From positions 309,530 through 373,529 of the forward strand of contig NW_019217996.1 of NCBI RefSeq assembly GCF_002571385.2: a stretch of 64,000 nt of DNA. The letters run 5' to 3'. A program made the translations under genes and the position numbers. Under the pieces are notes generated by a model. The model saw only the letters and a program-made list of their open reading frames with translations. It did no database searches and was not told where the DNA came from. The DNA comes from Stylophora pistillata. Lineage: Eukaryota. Shown piece after piece: positions 50,530 to 63,287 of the stretch; position 1 is the stretch's first letter; each line of letters starts with the position of its first letter.

Positions 50530-53500
50530 GTAAGCTCTTTCACGCCGTAAATGTCGCTGCGATAGGGAAATATCGAGTGGCACCCGCGTAATCATGTAAT
50601 TTATTCAACACGAATGGCGCCAGCCGCTTGTTTCGTTTTCTTACAAACCCTTGTGATGTCACTCTAGTCAGCCTTTTGGCAAAATATGTCAGTGAAATCT
50701 AAGTTATAAACTAATCTGTCGCATGTATGAGCTTTTTGTAATCTTTTCAGTGGTATTATCGGTTCACGCGAGAAAAAGTTTTGGGCGCGAGTGGATTTTA
50801 CCGTCACACTTGTGAAGTAGCTAGACGATTTTGGTCGGTTAAACTTGCCGTTTTCTGTGTGGCTTGGCTTTGAGAACGCTTTATTAAAATTAAAAGATAC
50901 TGAAAGCTTTACGGTGTCTGAAAAATTACAAAATAGGGAAATCAATGACATATTTTGCCTCTAATCCGACGATATTGAACATCTACCATGCGATGTTATT
51001 GGATAAAGAAGGCTAAGGTACAGAGTGTAACTCAGAAAAACGCAAAATCGGGTGTTTTCGTACATCTCTAAAACGCAGTCTTCATTTGTTTCACAAGTTC
51101 AGTTGTTTTGCTGCTTTGTGGTCAAAATTTCTGTTTGGAATGGAGCCTAACTTCCTTTCTTCACCAAAAGAAGGTTTCCTTATCCTGTTGTTGAAACCCA
51201 AATTTGGAATTTTTCAAGTGCGTTTTTACGTTTGAAAAGCGTTATGCCGGAAGAAAGTTGTAAAAATGATAATTTATGAGGCCAGTTGAAGTTGGTCCTG
51301 TTCTTGCAGTTGGGCTGTATTCAAATCTATGGGTTTCACATCCTATTTTTAAAAGGTGTCATCGAAAAGTAAGTTTTTCTTAACAAAAAAGAGGCCAGGA
51401 AAAGTTTGATAGTTTGTTACATTGTCAAGGCAAGGCTGTAGTGTATTGTGTAAAATTTTGAGGATTACTCTCATCCAACCCTTCCAGCTTAGCATTTCCT
51501 AAAGGAATTTCTGACAGCCATTTTTTACTTTACCCCCTCTGTCTGGATGGATTGTAAGTTAGGAGAGATTATGACCCTTTACTGTAAGTCATCCTTACCT
51601 GTCTGTTTTTTTCTTTAGTTTGTGCAGAGCATCCTTGAGCTGGGTTATCTCTGGCTAGTTTAACTATTTGATCACATTAGAATGGGCAGCACTTTCTTAA
51701 ACAATGTTTTGTTTATTAAACTGACCTTAAAGTCACCTGGACCTGACAGCAGTACTTTCTGTTTGAGAGTTTCACAAACTAACCCTTTAAATCCTTAGAT
51801 CTGATTATTAATCCTTTTTGTCTCTGGCTGCTAAACATTTCGTTGTAAATTAATTACAAAAATTTGGGGTTAGATCATGTTAAATTTGTGTATTCTTATT
51901 ACCTTTTTAGTAGTTTTTGTATAGAATATTTAAGGGAGAAGTTACATGTTCAGCATTTTTTAGAGTTAAAGGGAGACGAGTTCATGGCTTTCCAGACTCA
52001 AGACACATAGATCCAGAGAATAATGCACTATAATTGTTAAGTAAACTTCAGTGTAAGCATAAGTGGTTTTGTTTATGTTGGTACAGAAAATAACATGTGT
52101 AGGATATGAACACCAATTTTGTAGCCTGCTGCACCTTTAAACTTCAGTGCTGCAATAGTCTAAATTTGTCATTTTTATTTCATGCTTTTGGCTCTTTTGT
52201 TTTGGGAAATCATAATCTCAGAGATATGTTTAGTCTCTGAGTTCCATGTAACTCACAAATATTTGGTTAAAATTTATCAGAGATTGATTTAAGCAAAAAC
52301 AACAACATTTGCTGTAGGCCGATCTATTAGTTATTTTTGTGATAAGTTCTCTATTATTGGGAAAAGTGGCACCTTTCACTTCCTTAGTTGGTGTCAAGCT
52401 GTGAGGTACTGACATTGGAGTTGACAATCTATACAACTTTTTGTGAGAAAAGCTTAGAGCATCAACTCAAAGTTATGCCCTTAACCTGGTTATGATAATT
52501 TAACATGCCCTTGTATTTCTCTAATATGCCAGTTTTGCATAAGTGCTCAGCTCTGTGTATGGTTTCGTTCAAGTATTTTCAGCTTTTTAGCAATCTTGGA
52601 TGGCATTTCTGCCTAAAAATACATGCTTTTGTTTGAAGTCCTGATTTTCGTCTGTTTGGTAATTGCTTTTGTGAGTTAATGTCTTTGTTACCATGTTTTA
52701 TGGAAAACTTGAGAGTAGCAATTACTCAGGTCCATGATGGCTGCTTATGAAAGAGTAGATGTGCCTGTGTTTCGGTTGAATATGAGATGATTTTCGCAAA
52801 AAAAAATACCATGCTTTTAATAATGTTGCATCTTTTATATCACAGTGCATTGCTTTACTTTATCATGCAAATTATGCCCAACAGCATTCTGATTTGTTTT
52901 TTCACATAAACAGCAACACCTTGAGTTTTATGTAACCTTCATTTGGGCATCTGAACTTGATGTTGAATGTCTATGAGTACTAATTCAACTCGTGTTGAGA
53001 GTGTGGTATTCAGAGAAACTAACTCTTTTCGTGTATACCTGGTTTTCTGACTAAAGACAAAATTCCTTTTTCCTCTTTTAACCATCATTTACAGATGAAG
53101 AGTATTTTTTGACACAACTACAGAATCTAGCTCATTGCAAACAACACATCTTGTTACAGATAACAAAATAATCCAATCTCCTCACTGAGCTTTTAGTGTT
53201 TACAGCAAAGGCCCTGTAGACCAACAAGGGCATCTGTGCCAGCTGTTTTATCTAGTCCCATCTGCAAAAACAGCATTTTGTTTGTGTTCAGTGAGCAGAA
53301 ACTCATTAGGTTTTTCGAGTTTAAAATTTAGAAAAGCACAGAATTGTTGGATCTTCATTCTTATGTCTAGGGTGAAATCAATTTCTACTTCATTTGACTC
53401 TTATCTTTGTGTTTGATTGACCATGCACTGTTTCAACAACGATATCCTGTTTCTGTTAGACCACATTTAGGGATATTTCCTACGGTGGCTGCGGCACTGA

Positions 53501-56021
53501 AACATTAACTGATCAAATAACTGAGTGATTTCCTTACCCAATAGGAATTGGGTTTACAAGGTGGTAAACAAAAAAGATGCTCTGTGAGAGTAGCATTAAG
53601 AGTGTTAAAAGGTTGAAACTAATTCTACCCAAACTACCACCATAAATTTTTACACTAAGCAAACAAAATTATCGTCAGGTTTTTCTATGATTATTGAAAA
53701 CTGGGTTTTATGATGATTATCCACGACGCTTTTGTTTTCCTTTTCATAGCGCTCACTGCTTTGACCTGATATCAGGACTAAAATATCTACAATCTACGGC
53801 TAGCCAATGGGATATTTTTTCGTACATGTTTCTTGATACAACGTAACTAAAAAACAAGTCAGAGAAAAATGGGATTCCAAGAGTGCCTTTGTGCCACGAT
53901 CCTTTTAGTGCTAAATATCTTTTTCTTTTCTATTCGACTGTCTGTACTCAGTGCGCTTTCGATTTTGTGATCCATACATAGAACATAGCCAAGCTCACCC
54001 AAGGGTTTTCCGTAGCTCAGTTGGTACATGTAGAGCAATCAACTGCTAGATCGGAATTTTCTTTATGAAGGACTCTGTGTTTTCTTTGTCACATGCTCGG
54101 GACGATTGTTCGGCATGATTCTTGCTGTATCACTGGAGATATGTATGTATTGTACAGTTTAAACTCTTCTTCTCGAGCTGGCTTGGACAGCTCTGTACCA
54201 GTCAGTGCTAAAGTAATCTATAGTTTCCGTGACCTTGAGCGTCAGGGTGGAAAAGAAATGTTTGCTTCACGCCTCAGTGATCGCATATTTGCCTCGCCTG
54301 GCTGTGTGTTACTTAAGAAGACTTCTTAATCATTAGTTCGGTAAGAAATGAAAATGTGACAGAGACCTTAATGGACTACGAATGAATAGGGATGCTTGAG
54401 AATAAAGAAGATTGACGCCGATTGCGAATGATGAACTAGAAAACTCAGTGCGAATTTTTGTTTAAGAACTGATGTCTGTTGCATGTCTCTCCCAATCTAT
54501 CCCTTTGTTTAGAACTAATCGGCTTTCGTTGAAAGTGCTACGGACTTTCTTTCGTATATCTTTCATGTAAGATGCTATCTTGCAAGCGGCCTGGAAGCAA
54601 ATTTATTTATATCCACCGCAGAAGGGAAGGAAGTGTTGGAAAGCCGTTTACTTCATTGTCTGAACATTTTGCGAGAAGCGATGACCTTAATGTGAGCCGT
54701 TTTACAGTGAAATTACAAAACCATATTTACAGTTAAACGCCCTTAAAAAAGCGGCCAAGGGAAACGAAAAACAATCAGAGATAAAGGCTTTTTCAAGTGA
54801 ACTGATTGTAATGGCTGACTCGGCTCAGAAAAGCACTTTCCTCCAGTGGGGAGATGGTTGCGGTTACAATTTGGCGATAAGGGTTTTGTCAACAAGTTCG
54901 AAAGTTGATACGATGCATGGGGTCTTTCTGATGGCGTAACCTTATATTGATTTCCCTTTACACTATGTTAAATTTTACGCATACGGCGGATTTCCCAATC
55001 GCTATCGAGTGCTGAAATCCTCCAAATTTACCAGGTGAAATGAAACTGGTTTCGTTACTTTAGTTTCTTTTTTATTTCTATGGATTTCGATTCCGATTTG
55101 AGAAGGAAGCTTTTATTGACTACGAGCAAGTTACCTTGGAGATCTTATTTGCATTTATAAGTTTTTCAAACAAGATGCCAACGTATGTTATGCAAGAGTT
55201 GATGTTTTTTTCGAGCGTTTTTTTTTTTCTTTGGTGGCTTGCCTGTTACGGCTTAGACTTCATCAAATGAATTTCGTAATTAAACACATCGCAAGTTTTG
55301 TTTGTAGTCAAAAGTAGTCTAAGAGGGTGGTTGCAAAAGCTTCTGCTTGTTTTGTGGCTTTGTTTGTTTGATTTGACAACTTTAAAGAGTTACGTCACGG
55401 TTGTTGACTCATTAACATTTTTCAACTTCGTCATCCGTTGCAATCTTCTCCATATTTAGTCATCCATTTTCCTCTTTTGTTTTTAATTTCCTCTGCTGTG
55501 TTTTTCTTTCTTACCCGACCAATATTTTGTAGAGTCCATCGAGAAGAACTCAATTTTGCCCTTCGTAGGGAATTGACTCATTTTATTGTGACGCGGCTCC
55601 AATGTTTTAATCCCTAATTTCTGCCACCTGATGCAAGCTATCGTTTTGAATTTTGACCGACCATGCGACAGCATCGTGAAGTAAGCGGTAAATAAGGTGT
55701 TGTTATCGCTGTTCGCCAAACTCTTCAGAGCGACTTGACAAACATTCATAGGCCACTTAATCTCTATGTCGTTTTGCATCAAGTGCCAACCGATTCTTCG
55801 ACAAAGGAAAAAAACAAGATTTTGTCCTGACTCTTGTACTTGTGTAGTAGTCAGTGTGCCCATAAAACGAGAAAATTCTTGTCGATTGTTGAAGTTTGCA
55901 CGACAGAATTACTTTTATAGGAACGAGAGTAATAATTCTGGTACATGCACTGGGAGGCTCTGTTGCTATAATTTCATGGCTGTTCACGCCGCAAGGTATT
56001 AACTTGTTTTCTTCATTTCAG

Positions 56022-59000
56022 ACACGATCAGGAAGGCAGCTTGAAAAAGCTTGCGGTGAACAATATCCAATATTAAGACGAGTAAGAAAACCAAAGTCCC
56101 ACTTAAACGCGGAAGAGGAGAAACAAAGTTGGGTTAACAGTGAAATACACAATGATCGAAGCGTAACCACGGATTCTACTCACTTGGAGTTTCTTAGGTA
56201 CACGAATTGCCCGACATCAAAGTTACTGATCACTGCGGAGAGCATGGAGGTAGAAGAGAGACATGCAATGGGAAATACAGTAGATAACCCTCCATTGTTT
56301 GACGGTGAAAAAGACTTCACAGAACACAAACGTGCACGGCGGACGCGAGCGCGGCATACGTCAATGCTGGAACGTCTGGCGCCCACACCTGGGTACGTTG
56401 ATAAAACGCCTGTGGACTTTGAGGGCGGTTCTCTGGCGCAGAGGCGAACGCCGCGAATGGCGAGTTTGAACGCTGCGGCGAAAGTAAATGTCTTTTTTGA
56501 ACCTTCAAGTCCCTTGGCTGGACGGAGTATGTTTGAAATTCAACAGCACGCGACAAAGAAACCTCCTGGAAGGCTTTCATCAGAAAGGAAGCTCTCAGAC
56601 AGATCGAATTCGAGTTCTAACGCGGCATATGGAGTCGACATAAAATTTGATCGAGAGGATTTTCCTGAGGCAGACGTGTTTCTACAGAGTGAAGTTACTT
56701 CCACATGGGATCCACCGGCGGGTGCTGGAGTGATCGTCAGTCCTAAGGGACTGGGCAGCAATCTCCATACGGAACCTGCTGCTAATAATTTAGAATTTGT
56801 TGCAAATGGACACAATGCGGGGAAAGAGAACCACAAGCGAAAACCGGAGGCAGATTCGACCTCTGAAGGTGATAGGAAAACGAAGAGGATGTTCCTGGAA
56901 GGCAGTAATGAGACAGATAATACTGCAGAGAAAGAAGAACTGATGGAGTTTGAAGACGAGCAAGAAGATAAGGACATAGAATGCGACACAACTACTGACT
57001 CACCACCAAAGACAATGGTGGACGTGTGTATCCAAGTAGACCTTCCACGTCCCCCGCTCAAACATGTGCGTGTGCTCTCTGTACCAATCAAAGGACAGCT
57101 TGTTACGTCAGGCGGTCCAGTACCCTTCACAAAGAGTCACTTGGTCACGCCTGTTACGCCATCTAAACCTCCACCTGAACTTAAAATGAGTAAGACGGCC
57201 ACTACCAAGCGTGCTGTCGGGCTCAACCATCAGGCCATGGAGAACACATTTTCCGCAAACGATGGGCCCCTTGGCCGCTTTAAATCAGTGAGCGGATTGA
57301 TTAACGAGCGCAGTAAGGCCAGGAAAGCCAAAGAATTCGTCAATAAAATGTCCGAGTCCTCATCTTCTGTGAAGCTCAAGATCCCTAAAATAAACTTTGC
57401 GGCGACTTCCACGTCTACTATGAGCGCGGGACGAAGCCGACCTGCGGGAAACCCGTTAAAGAGCATTCAGCTAAAGAGCTTGAATATTCATCTTGAGAAG
57501 CTGGCTGCCGAACGAGCCCGCGCGGAACCCAAACAACCCAAGGTTTGTATGAGCAAGGCAAGAGAGAGTCTTAAACATCTTGCTAAACTTATCCAAGGGT
57601 ATCCTCAGTTAGCCTGCCTGTACGCATGCGCCCTAAATAATTGGTGTTGCTGGACGTGTGTTTCTCCGCCTGCGGGAAGATTGGAGACAAGTCGGCGAGA
57701 TCTGTCGCGGGTCTGGCATTGTCAGTCCTAGACCCCTTCACGGACTTCTCGCCGACCGGATTGCCAAAGACCTCATACATTTCCGCAGGCGAAGAAATGC
57801 TTGAGCAGAGGCGTTGATGAAGAGGCCAGCTGGCAGGCTAATCCTCAAGTGTCATGTAGCACACGTAATTTTTGGCTTACAGCAGTGAGTACATCTTTGA
57901 AAGTTTTCCGATTTTGGCTTAAAAGCCTTCATTATACAGTGGACGAATTCGGCGAACGTGTTGACATCCTTGTCTACCCCCGACTCGGATGATTTGTTAA
58001 TTGCTTTGGTAGGTTACTGTTGTGCGGTTTGTCACTGAGTACACGCGAGTATTATGAACAACACAACCCTAACGTTCAGAATGAGAATAAGAATTTGGTG
58101 GCATCGAAGATGACGCGTTTACGCTTTGTTGAATCCGTCTATTTTAGAAGCTTCTCGTTTAGTTGTCTGCATCCAAAACAACCAAAACATCAAAAGCTAT
58201 TGATGGCTGTACCTTGATACGCTGAATTCTGTGCAAGGAAATGGTATCTTGGTATAAGCTGGTACTATGACCATACAGCAGACAAAGCTGAATAATGTAT
58301 GCGCACATGCTAGGTTTTGGCGCGGAAACACGGATTTTGAGTCGTTCGCATGGCCGATTTTATATTCTCTTGCAACGAGTTGTTGTTTTCCTTGCCGCTT
58401 TTCTTTTGTAGAACAACTTCCAAAAACTTTGTACACCCCCTAAATATTATCGAAAATTACTTTGGAATAGGAAAATACTTTCGACGGCAACAAAATGCCT
58501 CGGTTTTAAATGCCAGCTACTTATTATTTTCGCAATTTTCGCGAAATTTTAAACCTCGCAAGCTTGGGCCCGCATTGTTGACCGCATACCTTGGACGTTA
58601 TTCAGCTCTGTCCATACAGAGCACTGACTTTTATGCAGCGGTTTCAATAACTTTCCGATTACCAGCGGTCTACCCCTGACCATAAGACCTCTCACCGCCG
58701 TCAGTTGAGCCTGCGAGCGGGCTCTCGTGTTTGGGTTTCGCCTTATGGCCCCTTGTTCGGGCACAGCCTCCTATTAGATTTTCAGCAGCCGCTTATGGAA
58801 AAAGCTAATGAAACCCTTGTTTACGCTGCTGTTTGGTTGGAATTCAGTGGTATTTCTGTGATTCTCATTAATTGCATACCAGCTTTCACCATTTCGCCAG
58901 CTACGGTTTCTTTCTCTCTCGAACAAATCACGCCGATGTGTTCACTGGTTATTTTTAAGGTCCTTATTGTTAGCGCTGTAGGACGAGCTTTCTCCACACG

Positions 59001-61314
59001 TGAACGTATTTGTGATGAGTCGGTGTGTTTGCATATCGACTTATTGATGAGATCGTCATTGTTAACTTTACAGAGAACGAATGGTTGGATGTTCATTGGC
59101 GATCCTATAGACAAACCGTATTGCTACGTAAGTAATTGTAAATATGTCTGTCACAGTCTGTTTAATCTGTTATATTACAACTGAAACCACTCCTTAGTGT
59201 AGGGTTTTTGAAAGTATCCTCCTCAGATAGACTCATAATTATATGAACTATGATGTTAGTGAAACACAGTTGAGCAAGAAATATAGAGCGCCAATGATCT
59301 TCATTCGCGCGTTGTGAAGAATCGCAAACGAACGAGCCAGTCTTCAAACCTTGAAGCCATTATTCTGGGAAAGTAGGTAACCTTGTAACCATTAACTCTT
59401 AATTACTTCGCATGGCCGACCCGAAAGGCGGGAAAAACCGATACGATTTTTCTCCCTTGTGAAAAAAAAAATCGTATACGGCTTCTGATTGGTCTCTACA
59501 ATTAAGTCCTCCTAACTTACAAGACGCGACCTCACTTTCAGGACGAGACTATAGTGATACGGCGTTACTACAGCGGTGTTCAGCGTGGAGATGAGATCAT
59601 CAATGTACGTGACTCGGTTCTTCTCAAATCAGGAACCCGGAAGAAGGATCCACCTTTCGTTGCACGTGTTTCAGGGCTGTGGGAAGAAGAAGAAGGCGAG
59701 TTTATTCCTCCTTTTTTTCTGTTACACAGTCGGTGCAACTGACTTTTATCAATCTGCATCATTTCTATGGGGAAGGCTTCGGTGCTAGTTTCATTATTAA
59801 CAAATCTTCGCTGAGAGATTTAAAACTGATACGATTGGTTTTGCAGGATCGCTTGAGATCGCATCGTAGTCAGTTTGAATTTGATAACGCGACTGAATTA
59901 GGTGCTATTTTGAATTTCGGCCGAAGGTGACATTTAGAATGTTTGTGAAGGACCACTACAGCTACCAATGACAAAACAAACAAAAAACAAAAACAGTGGT
60001 AGAATATTGTGCCTTTAAAGAGGTTGATGCTATCACCTTTACCTCTTGTTAAGAAGGACCAACAAAAAAACTGGTTTGGGGCAATTAATAACAGAAGTCT
60101 TTTTAGTAAATTGCTGCTCTCTAAAATCATAAACCGTATGCATAAGTTGTTCCCCGGGCTAGAGGTGTCCACTAATGGCTGCTTTATGATAAGTTGATCT
60201 TTAGGCGGCCATTTTCTGTTTATCAAACTTAAAAGAAAATAGGGAGACATATTTTTTTTCTTATGGCATGGCCTGTACATCCGTAAAAGACCTCAGCTTC
60301 GTCCACACTTCGGTTAACATCGGCATGTGTTGACTGACACGGACTTTTCTTAATTGCAGGTCCGAACGCTGGCGAGATGATGATGAGTGTGTTTTGGTAT
60401 TATCGACCTGAGCAGACTGAAGTCGGGAGAATTCCAAACTTTCATGGCGATGTAAGACACCGCTTGTTTTTAAACTTCATTCTCCAGTTGTTGGTTGGAG
60501 TAGTTGAAAGAAATATTTCATTCAATTTCTTTGGTGGCTTTACCATAACAGTGACCCCTTATTCCTCTCTTTTATTGTTTCTTTGAACACTTATCTTTGG
60601 TGTTTACAGACTAGAAATATTCTTTGTTACACTGTTTCCTTTTCAGAATATCTCGTTTACTGTATAAACTGCGCATGCGTATGTTTCATTTGTATTACAA
60701 GCTGTAACCCTCTAACACGTATTAAACAATGTGTCCTTTTTTTTTGCGAACTATCAATAGATGGAGGTGATGGCATCGAGACACAAAGATGATAACAGTG
60801 TAGCGTGTATTGTAGACAAGTGCTACGTTCTGAGTTATCCCGAATACTGCAGGTAATATTGTTGACAAGAACGCCTTACTTTATGTTATCTACCTGTTTT
60901 ATCCTGTGTCTGGACCTACTTTCTGTTTCGTCTCCAAGGTTTTCACCACGGTTTTTGAATTCCGTATGCTTTTCTCGGTTTTAAAACATCGTGAACATCA
61001 ATACCCTGGTATGTTGCAGTTCGGGAAATATTCGCCCCTATTCACCTCCACGCCTGGCATGGCATAATTGTTAATTTGCTGTCAAATTTAATCGTGATTT
61101 TAATGGCGCCTTTTAAATTGTTGTACTTGTCAGGTTCCGTGCTCTTAACAGACTCTTTCGTGAATTCAGAGAAGCTCCACTGTCTCCGGTTCCCCCAGGA
61201 GAAAGTACAAAGCCTGGCTCGGTTCCTCAGCCTCGAACAGATCCCAATCTAGTGTTCTTCTGCCGGCAGGTGTACGATTATCGTATGGGTAGAATCATCA
61301 AAAACCCCGTGTGA
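56022..61314 (+). CDS. BAHD1: Bromo-adjacent homology domain-containing protein 1-like; start codon uncertain (first exon-internal ATG at 56244)
   Basis: Exons 56022-57542, 59074-59127, 59542-59695, 60360-60451, 60761-60852 and 61134-61314 (2094 nt open). Motifs: [40 protein letters not shown]...[51 protein letters not shown] and [23 protein letters not shown]. Confidence 0.9.
57609..59023 (+). ncRNA. Candidate large structured RNA element within BAHD1 intron 57543-59073
   Basis: More than 10 nested complementary segments of 7-18 bp found by eye (see findings). Confidence 0.55.
59696..60359 (+). other. GC-AG intron in the BAH domain
   Basis: The frame requires a phase-1 donor. AAG|GCGAGT at 59695/59696 joins to TTGCAG|GTCCG and gives [14 protein letters not shown]. 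Confidence 0.8.
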
Positions 61315-61801
61315 TATACTCCAGGAATAACGAACTGGAATTACCGTAGTTGTGGTGTGTGATCTCAATATAAATCACTGTGATTACGTCTCATTCTCGG
61401 GCAAATCCTTTAACATTACTGAACAAATTCCTATGAGGCAAATAGCCAAGGCGATTTATGTGATGGTCGAATTCGAGTAGCCTTCGTTAAGAACGAAAAT
61501 TATACTTGATTACGAAACTTCAGGAGTTCATTAAAATAGGATTTGCCTCTGATAATGCTTGATAATCGTAAATTCTGACACGTCAGTTCTCTCCTGTTGT
61601 TTGATTTATACCATTTGTGTCTATTTAACCAGAAACTCGCTCAAAGCAAATCTGTACACAGAATTATTTATAGAAGGCAACTAAAACAGTTCACCTACCT
61701 TGATAATTGTGAAATACAGTATGCTTCTTGTAAAATTATACATTTTAAGTTTTGTTTCTTTGTCAACATCGGTTACTAGCTGTCGGATAGAAACAATATG
61801 A

Positions 61802-62030
61802 GGGGCCGACCATTTAACTTTTGAGGGGGGGGTTGGAGGATTTCTGGTCATCAAGAAATTTTTTTTTCTTGCAATCTGCTCGGCAGGATATTTTTTTCCG
61901 GTTTTTTGTTACATTGTTTCTGTTACATTTGGGCTGCATGTAATTTTTTTCTTCCAACAAGCGCTTGCAGGAAAATTTTTTTCAAAATCACCCTTCCCCC
62001 CTCCCCTCAAGAGTTAAATGGTCGGCTCCT
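61802..62030. mobile_element. MITE with ~30-bp TIRs
   Basis: aggggccgaccatttaacttttgagggg / cccctcaagagttaaatggtcggctcct. Confidence 0.7.
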
Positions 62031-63287
62031 TACCAACGAGCTCCCGTATTTAACCTTTCATTTCAACACGTTAATTTTTTCAAGTTTTCTCCCTGAACTA
62101 GGTGAATTACTCAGTATTTAGACATGATGATTTCCATCACTCTCTTTTGACATTGTATTGCTGATATTTTATAACTGTTAAGTTGCGATAATTATTTTCA
62201 ATTTGATAAAACAAATTAGTGGACGACGGCAATGTAATTCCAGTGTGTGGAACAAGTTGCGCGTTACTTGAGTAAATCGAAGGTTACTATACCTGATATT
62301 CTCTTTTCTGTGAGCAATCATTGGTGATATGCCTCGGAAAATTTTGCTTTAGAGATAGAAATAATAAAAAAAATGTTTTGTAAGAGTTAGTTTTGAAACA
62401 TGCAAGTCACAACACCGAATCCCATATAAGAAGGGTTTACATGCGCGATTTTGTATTTTCTTCGACAAGTTCTCTTGTTCAGAAGCTTACATGTCAGATC
62501 TATAACAAGGTTTTTTCGAGAACGATTTTTTCCAAGTGTAGATGCAGTTATCCCCTTGTTCAAATTGGAATCGCTCTTGCTATCCGACTAAATCTTGTTT
62601 TTCAANNNNNNNNNNNNNNNNNNNNNNNNNNNNNNNNNNNNNNNNNNNNNNNNNNNNNNNNNNNNNNNNNNNNNNNNCCCCCCTCCCTCAAGAGTTAATT
62701 GGTCGGCTCCTAAATTTAAACCCCGTTTGTTTCAGTGTTCCTGTCATCCGAGTAATTTTTTCAAGTTTTCTCCCTGAACTAGCTGAATTACTCAGTATTT
62801 AGACATGATGATTTCCATCACTCTCTTTTGACATTGTATTGCTGATATTTTATAACTGTTAAGTTGCGATAATTATTTTCAATTTGATAAAACAAATTAG
62901 TGGACGACGGCAATGTAATTCCAGTGTGTGGAACAAGTTGCGCGTTACTTGAGTAAATCGAAGGTTACTATACCTGATATTCTCTTTTCTGTGAGCAATC
63001 ATTGGTGATATGCCTCGGAAAATTTTGCTTTAGAGATAGAAATAATAAAAAAAATGTTTTGTAAGAGTTAGTTTTGAAACATGCAAGTCACAACACCGAA
63101 TCCCATATAAGAAGGGTTTACATGCGCGATTTTGTATTTTCTTCGACAAGTTCTCTTGTTCAGAAGCTTACATGTCAGATCTATAACAAGGTTTTTTCGA
63201 GAACGATTTTTTCCAAGTGTAGATGCAGTTATCCCCTTGTTCAAATTGGAATCGCTCTTGCTATCCGACTAAATCTTGTTTTTCAAT
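61997..63287. other. Scaffold gap (N 62606-62677) flanked by a ~600-bp duplicated overlap
   Basis: ~61997-62605 recurs at 62678-63287. The copies differ over the first ~75 bp and are near-identical after that. Confidence 0.75.

Noticed and set aside
34618-54105. tRNA-like sequences at 34618, 36615, 45608 and ~54000
   Set aside because: A/B boxes are present, but there is no closed cloverleaf and they run into repeat bodies, so they are SINE-type elements.
55896-56021. N-terminal hydrophobic stretch of the 611-aa ORF
   Set aside because: It lies upstream of a clear acceptor (tttcag|ACA at 56021/56022) and starts at TTG, so it is intronic read-through rather than a TM segment of BAHD1.
24726-57466. 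Antisense ORFs over the large exons (e.g. 24835-25182, 56540-57130)
   Set aside because: Shadow frames of real coding exons, with no motifs or splice support.
57695-57706. GCGAGATCTGTC resembles a 7SK RNA 5' hairpin segment
   Set aside because: Too short; no paired GATC motifs, Pol III promoter or terminator are evident.
58065-58073. AACCCTAAC, 1.5 telomeric repeats, inside the structured intron (telomerase RNA template?)
   Set aside because: A 9-mer can occur by chance, and I could not find the template-adjacent U-rich pseudoknot, CR4/5 or H/ACA domains. A cmsearch with animal TR models would settle it.
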